Source of the DNA: an uncultured Prevotella sp.
GTDB taxonomy: Bacteria; Bacteroidota; Bacteroidia; Bacteroidales; Bacteroidaceae
Assembly (NCBI GenBank): GCA_945834405.1
Contig: CAMAHD010000002.1
Coordinates: forward strand, 2,645-66,644
DNA length: 64,000 nucleotides
Direction: 5' to 3'
The position numbers and the translations under genes were made by a program. The notes under the pieces are model-generated. The model worked only from the letters and a program-made list of their open reading frames with translations, did not search any database and was not told the DNA's origin. Positions 60,670 to 64,000 of this stretch are shown piece by piece; positions within the stretch are counted from its first letter, which is position 1, and every line of letters begins with the position of its first letter.

Positions 60670-63600
60670 ATGGCAAATGGATTGTATAATGCTGCCTATG
60701 AGCACGACGCATGTGGCGTTGGTATGGTGGTGAATATTCACGGCAACAAGAGCCACGAACTGGTTGACAATGCACTAAAGGTATTGGAGAACATGCGCCA
60801 CAGAGGCGCTGAAGGTGCAGACAACAAGACCGGAGATGGAGCAGGCATCATGCTTCAAATTCCTCATGAGTTTATCCTGCTGCAAGGCATTCCCGTTCCC
60901 GAAAAGGGAAAGTACGGTACAGGACTCATCTTCCTGCCCAAAGACTCCGACAAGCAGAGCGAGATTCTTTCCATCATGATTGAAGAAATCGAAAGGGAAG
61001 GCTTGTCGCTGATGCACTTGCGCAATGTTCCTACCAATCCCGACTGTTTGGGTAAGGCAGCCTTGGATAATGAGCCTGCCATCAAGCAGGTATTTGTAAC
61101 GGGAGTGACGGACGACAAGGTGCCTGTCTTTGAACGTACACTCTACATCATCCGAAAAAAGATTGAAAAACGGGTACATGACAGAGACTTCTATATCTGT
61201 TCACTGTCCAGCAAAAACATTATATATAAAGGTATGCTGTCCAGCCTGCAACTGAGACAGTATTTCCCAGACCTTACCAACAACTATTTCACCAGTGGTC
61301 TGGCTTTGGTCCACAGCCGTTTCTCTACCAACACCTTCCCCACTTGGAGTCTGGCACAGCCCTTCCGCCTGCTTTGCCACAACGGAGAAATCAACACCAT
61401 CCGTGGCAACAGAGGATGGATGCAGGCAAGAGAGAGCGTGCTGAACAGCGAGTCGCTGGGTGATATCAGGAAAATATCTCCCATTGTACAACCGGGAATG
61501 AGCGACTCTGCCAGCTTGGACAATGTGTTCGAGTTTTTTGTCATGAGCGGTCTTTCACTGCCTCATGCCATGAGCGTCATGGTTCCTGAAAGCTTCAACG
61601 ACAAGAACCCTATCTCCGAAGACCTCAAAGCCTTCTATGAATACCATTCTATTCTGATGGAACCATGGGATGGTCCCGCTGCCCTGCTGTTCAGCGACGG
61701 TCGCTATGCGGGTGGTATGCTCGACCGTAATGGTCTTCGCCCTGCCCGATATACCATCACGAAAAACGACATGATGGTAGTGGCAAGCGAAGTAGGTGTC
61801 ATGGATTTCGAACCCACAGAGATTGCTGAGAAAGGACGCCTCCAACCGGGTAAGATCTTACTGATAGATACACAGGAAGGCAAAATCTACTATGACGGAG
61901 AAATCAAGGAAAGACTGGCTGCCGCACATCCCTATCGCCAATGGCTCTCAACCAACAGAATACAGCTGGAGAAACTGAAGAGTGGACGCAAGGTGGAAAA
62001 TGCCATACCTTATTTGGTCAAGCATGAGATGATGTTCGGCTATGGAGAAGAAGACGTTGACGGAACCATTGTCCCCATGTCAACCAAGGCTCAAGAGCCT
62101 ACTGCCGCCATGGGCAATGACACTCCGTTAGCTGTCTTGTCAGACAAGCCACAGATATTCTTCAACTATTTCCGTCAGCAATTTGCACAAGTCACCAATC
62201 CCGCCATTGACTCTATCCGCGAAGAACTGGTGATGTCGCTCAGCGAATATATCGGAAGGGTAGGTTCGGGCATACTCTCTCCCGATGAGACAAACTGCAA
62301 GATGGTAAGGCTGCCCCACCCCATCCTGAACAACACCCAACTGGATATTCTCTGTAATATCCGCTACAAAGGATTCAATACCGTCAAACTGCCCATCCTC
62401 TTTGAATGTGAAAAGGGAGAAGAAGGACTGCGTGATGCCCTGGACCAGCTTTGCAAGGATGCAGAACGCAGTGTTGACGATGGCTATAACTATATCATCC
62501 TGACCGACAGAGATGTGGACGAGACACATGCTGCCATCCCCTCTCTGCTGGCGGTCAGCGCTGTTCACCATTACCTGATTTCCGTAGGTAAACGTGTACA
62601 GACGGCACTCATCGTCGAGAGCGGAGAAATCAGGGAGACCATGCACGCTGCCCTACTGTTGGGTTATGGTGCAAGTGCCCTGTGTCCCTACATGACCTTC
62701 GCCATCTTGGACGACTTGGTCAAGAAACATAAGATTCAAGAGGACTACGCGACAGCAGAAGCCAACTATATCAAGGCTGTCAAGAAAGGTTTGTTCAAGA
62801 TCATGGCAAAGATGGGTATCTCAACCATCCGTTCCTACCGTGGTGCCAAGATATTCGAGAGCATCGGACTCTCCGAAAACCTGCTGAAAAACTATTTCGG
62901 AACCGAAACGAGCACCATCGGTGGTATCGGACTGGAAACGATAGCCCGCGATGCCATCCGTTTCCATGATATGGCTTACCCCAAAGATGACTATCATCAA
63001 CGTATCAATTACGACTTCCTGCCCAACATGGGTCAGTTCAACTATCGTAAGGATGGCATCAAACATGCGTGGAACCCTGAGACTATCGCCACCTTGCAGC
63101 TGGCTACACGCACCGGCAATTATCAGAAGTTCAAGGAATTCAGTCGTCTGGTTGACGGTAAGTCATCACCCATCTTCATCCGCGACTTCTTTGGATTCAA
63201 GCGCAATCCCATCAGTATCGACCAGGTAGAGCCCGTTGAGGACATCGTCAAGCATTTTGTGGCTGGAGCCATGAGTTTTGGTGCCCTCTCCAAAGAAGCC
63301 CATGAAGCCATCTGTCTGGCAATGAACAAGATTGGAGCACGCTCCAACACGGGTGAAGGCGGCGAGGACAGCGAACGCTTCCATAGCAGCATTGATGGCA
63401 TTTCTCTGTCATCCAAGACCAAACAGATAGCATCAGGACGCTTTGGCGTGACCACCAACTATCTGGTCAATGCTGAAGAAATACAAATCAAGGTGGCACA
63501 AGGTGCCAAGCCCGGTGAAGGCGGACAGCTGCCGGGATTCAAGGTAAATGAGGTCATCGCCAAGACCAGACACTCCATCCCCGGCATCTCTCTCATCTCT

Positions 63601-64000
63601 CCTCCACCTCATCACGACATCTACTCTATTGAGGACCTGGCACAGCTTATCTTCGACCTGAAGAATGTCAACCCTCAGGCTGCTATCAGCGTGAAACTGG
63701 TTGCAGAGAGTGGTGTGGGAACCATTGCTGCCGGTGTTGCCAAGGCAAAGGCAGACCTGATTGTCATCTCAGGAGCAGAAGGCGGAACAGGTGCCAGTCC
63801 GGCATCAAGCATGCGTTTTGCAGGTATATCGCCGGAGATTGGACTCAGTGAAACCCAGCAGACATTGGTCAAGAACGGACTGAGAGGACAAGTAAGACTG
63901 CAAGTCGACGGACAGCTGAAGACAGGACGCGACATCATACTGATGGCTCTGCTCGGAGCAGAGGAATTTGGTTTCGGAACTACCTGTCTGATTGTGCTGG
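60670..64000 (+). CDS. gltB: Glutamate synthase large subunit (3'-truncated by window; not in the ORF track)
   Basis: Manual translation MANGLYNAAYEHDACGVGMVVNIHG...HRGAEGADNKTGDG. Later HSRFSTNT, MEPWDGPA, SNTGEGGED and KVAQGAKPGEGGQLPG are visible. TAATTTTG box at 60611. Confidence 0.96.
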   Translation, partial: MANGLYNAAYEHDACGVGMVVNIHGNKSHELVDNALKVLENMRHRGAEGADNKTGDGAGIMLQIPHEFILLQGIPVPEKGKYGTGLIFLPKDSDKQSEILSIMIEEIEREGLSLMHLRNVPTNPDCLGKAALDNEPAIKQVFVTGVTDDKVPVFERTLYIIRKKIEKRVHDRDFYICSLSSKNIIYKGMLSSLQLRQYFPDLTNNYFTSGLALVHSRFSTNTFPTWSLAQPFRLLCHNGEINTIRGNRGWMQARESVLNSESLGDIRKISPIVQPGMSDSASLDNVFEFFVMSGLSLPHAMSVMVPESFNDKNPISEDLKAFYEYHSILMEPWDGPAALLFSDGRYAGGMLDRNGLRPARYTITKNDMMVVASEVGVMDFEPTEIAEKGRLQPGKILLIDTQEGKIYYDGEIKERLAAAHPYRQWLSTNRIQLEKLKSGRKVENAIPYLVKHEMMFGYGEEDVDGTIVPMSTKAQEPTAAMGNDTPLAVLSDKPQIFFNYFRQQFAQVTNPAIDSIREELVMSLSEYIGRVGSGILSPDETNCKMVRLPHPILNNTQLDILCNIRYKGFNTVKLPILFECEKGEEGLRDALDQLCKDAERSVDDGYNYIILTDRDVDETHAAIPSLLAVSAVHHYLISVGKRVQTALIVESGEIRETMHAALLLGYGASALCPYMTFAILDDLVKKHKIQEDYATAEANYIKAVKKGLFKIMAKMGISTIRSYRGAKIFESIGLSENLLKNYFGTETSTIGGIGLETIARDAIRFHDMAYPKDDYHQRINYDFLPNMGQFNYRKDGIKHAWNPETIATLQLATRTGNYQKFKEFSRLVDGKSSPIFIRDFFGFKRNPISIDQVEPVEDIVKHFVAGAMSFGALSKEAHEAICLAMNKIGARSNTGEGGEDSERFHSSIDGISLSSKTKQIASGRFGVTTNYLVNAEEIQIKVAQGAKPGEGGQLPGFKVNEVIAKTRHSIPGISLISPPPHHDIYSIEDLAQLIFDLKNVNPQAAISVKLVAESGVGTIAAGVAKAKADLIVISGAEGGTGASPASSMRFAGISPEIGLSETQQTLVKNGLRGQVRLQVDGQLKTGRDIILMALLGAEEFGFGTTCLIVL

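Noticed and set aside
60775-63938. Series of short minus-strand ORFs suggesting an ORF-poor or pseudogene region
   Set aside because: They are shadows of gltB on the plus strand, which the ORF track omits because no stop codon falls within the window.

Overview
Core-genome region of a Bacteroidales bacterium, most likely Prevotellaceae. This is inferred from the porU-porV T9SS genes, TAnnTTTG -7 promoter boxes and Gln-first signal-peptide cleavage sites. Housekeeping blocks are FAH-porU-porV-ispF; lpxH/DUF59; an ECF sigma factor with a dual-membrane-spanning anti-sigma partner; rpmH/efp (rpmH is absent from the ORF track); radC-PASTA-rluD-ddl-acyltransferase-nigD; msbA-like/miaB/OPT; Na/Pi-upp-prmA-nucleoside kinase; GH127/DUF2264; a nitrogen-assimilation cluster (asnB, amt, PII, dapF, dapL, porin-like gene, GS-III, and truncated gltB at the window end); and metG-wzx-licD. 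The main candidate for an undescribed system is a self-contained eight-gene operon of about 10 kb (16548-26690). It encodes a 1037-aa tubulin/FtsZ-like GTPase with a C-terminal GYF_2-like domain, two inner-membrane proteins (one with a Zn-ribbon, polyproline and MORN-like layout) and five exported proteins of unknown function. This suggests a trans-envelope machine. A MITE-like element with perfect 39-bp inverted ends and a 266-bp tandem duplication, plus several long palindromes, are also present. No rRNA, tRNA, CRISPR array or transposase was seen. All family assignments come from motif recognition, not database searches.
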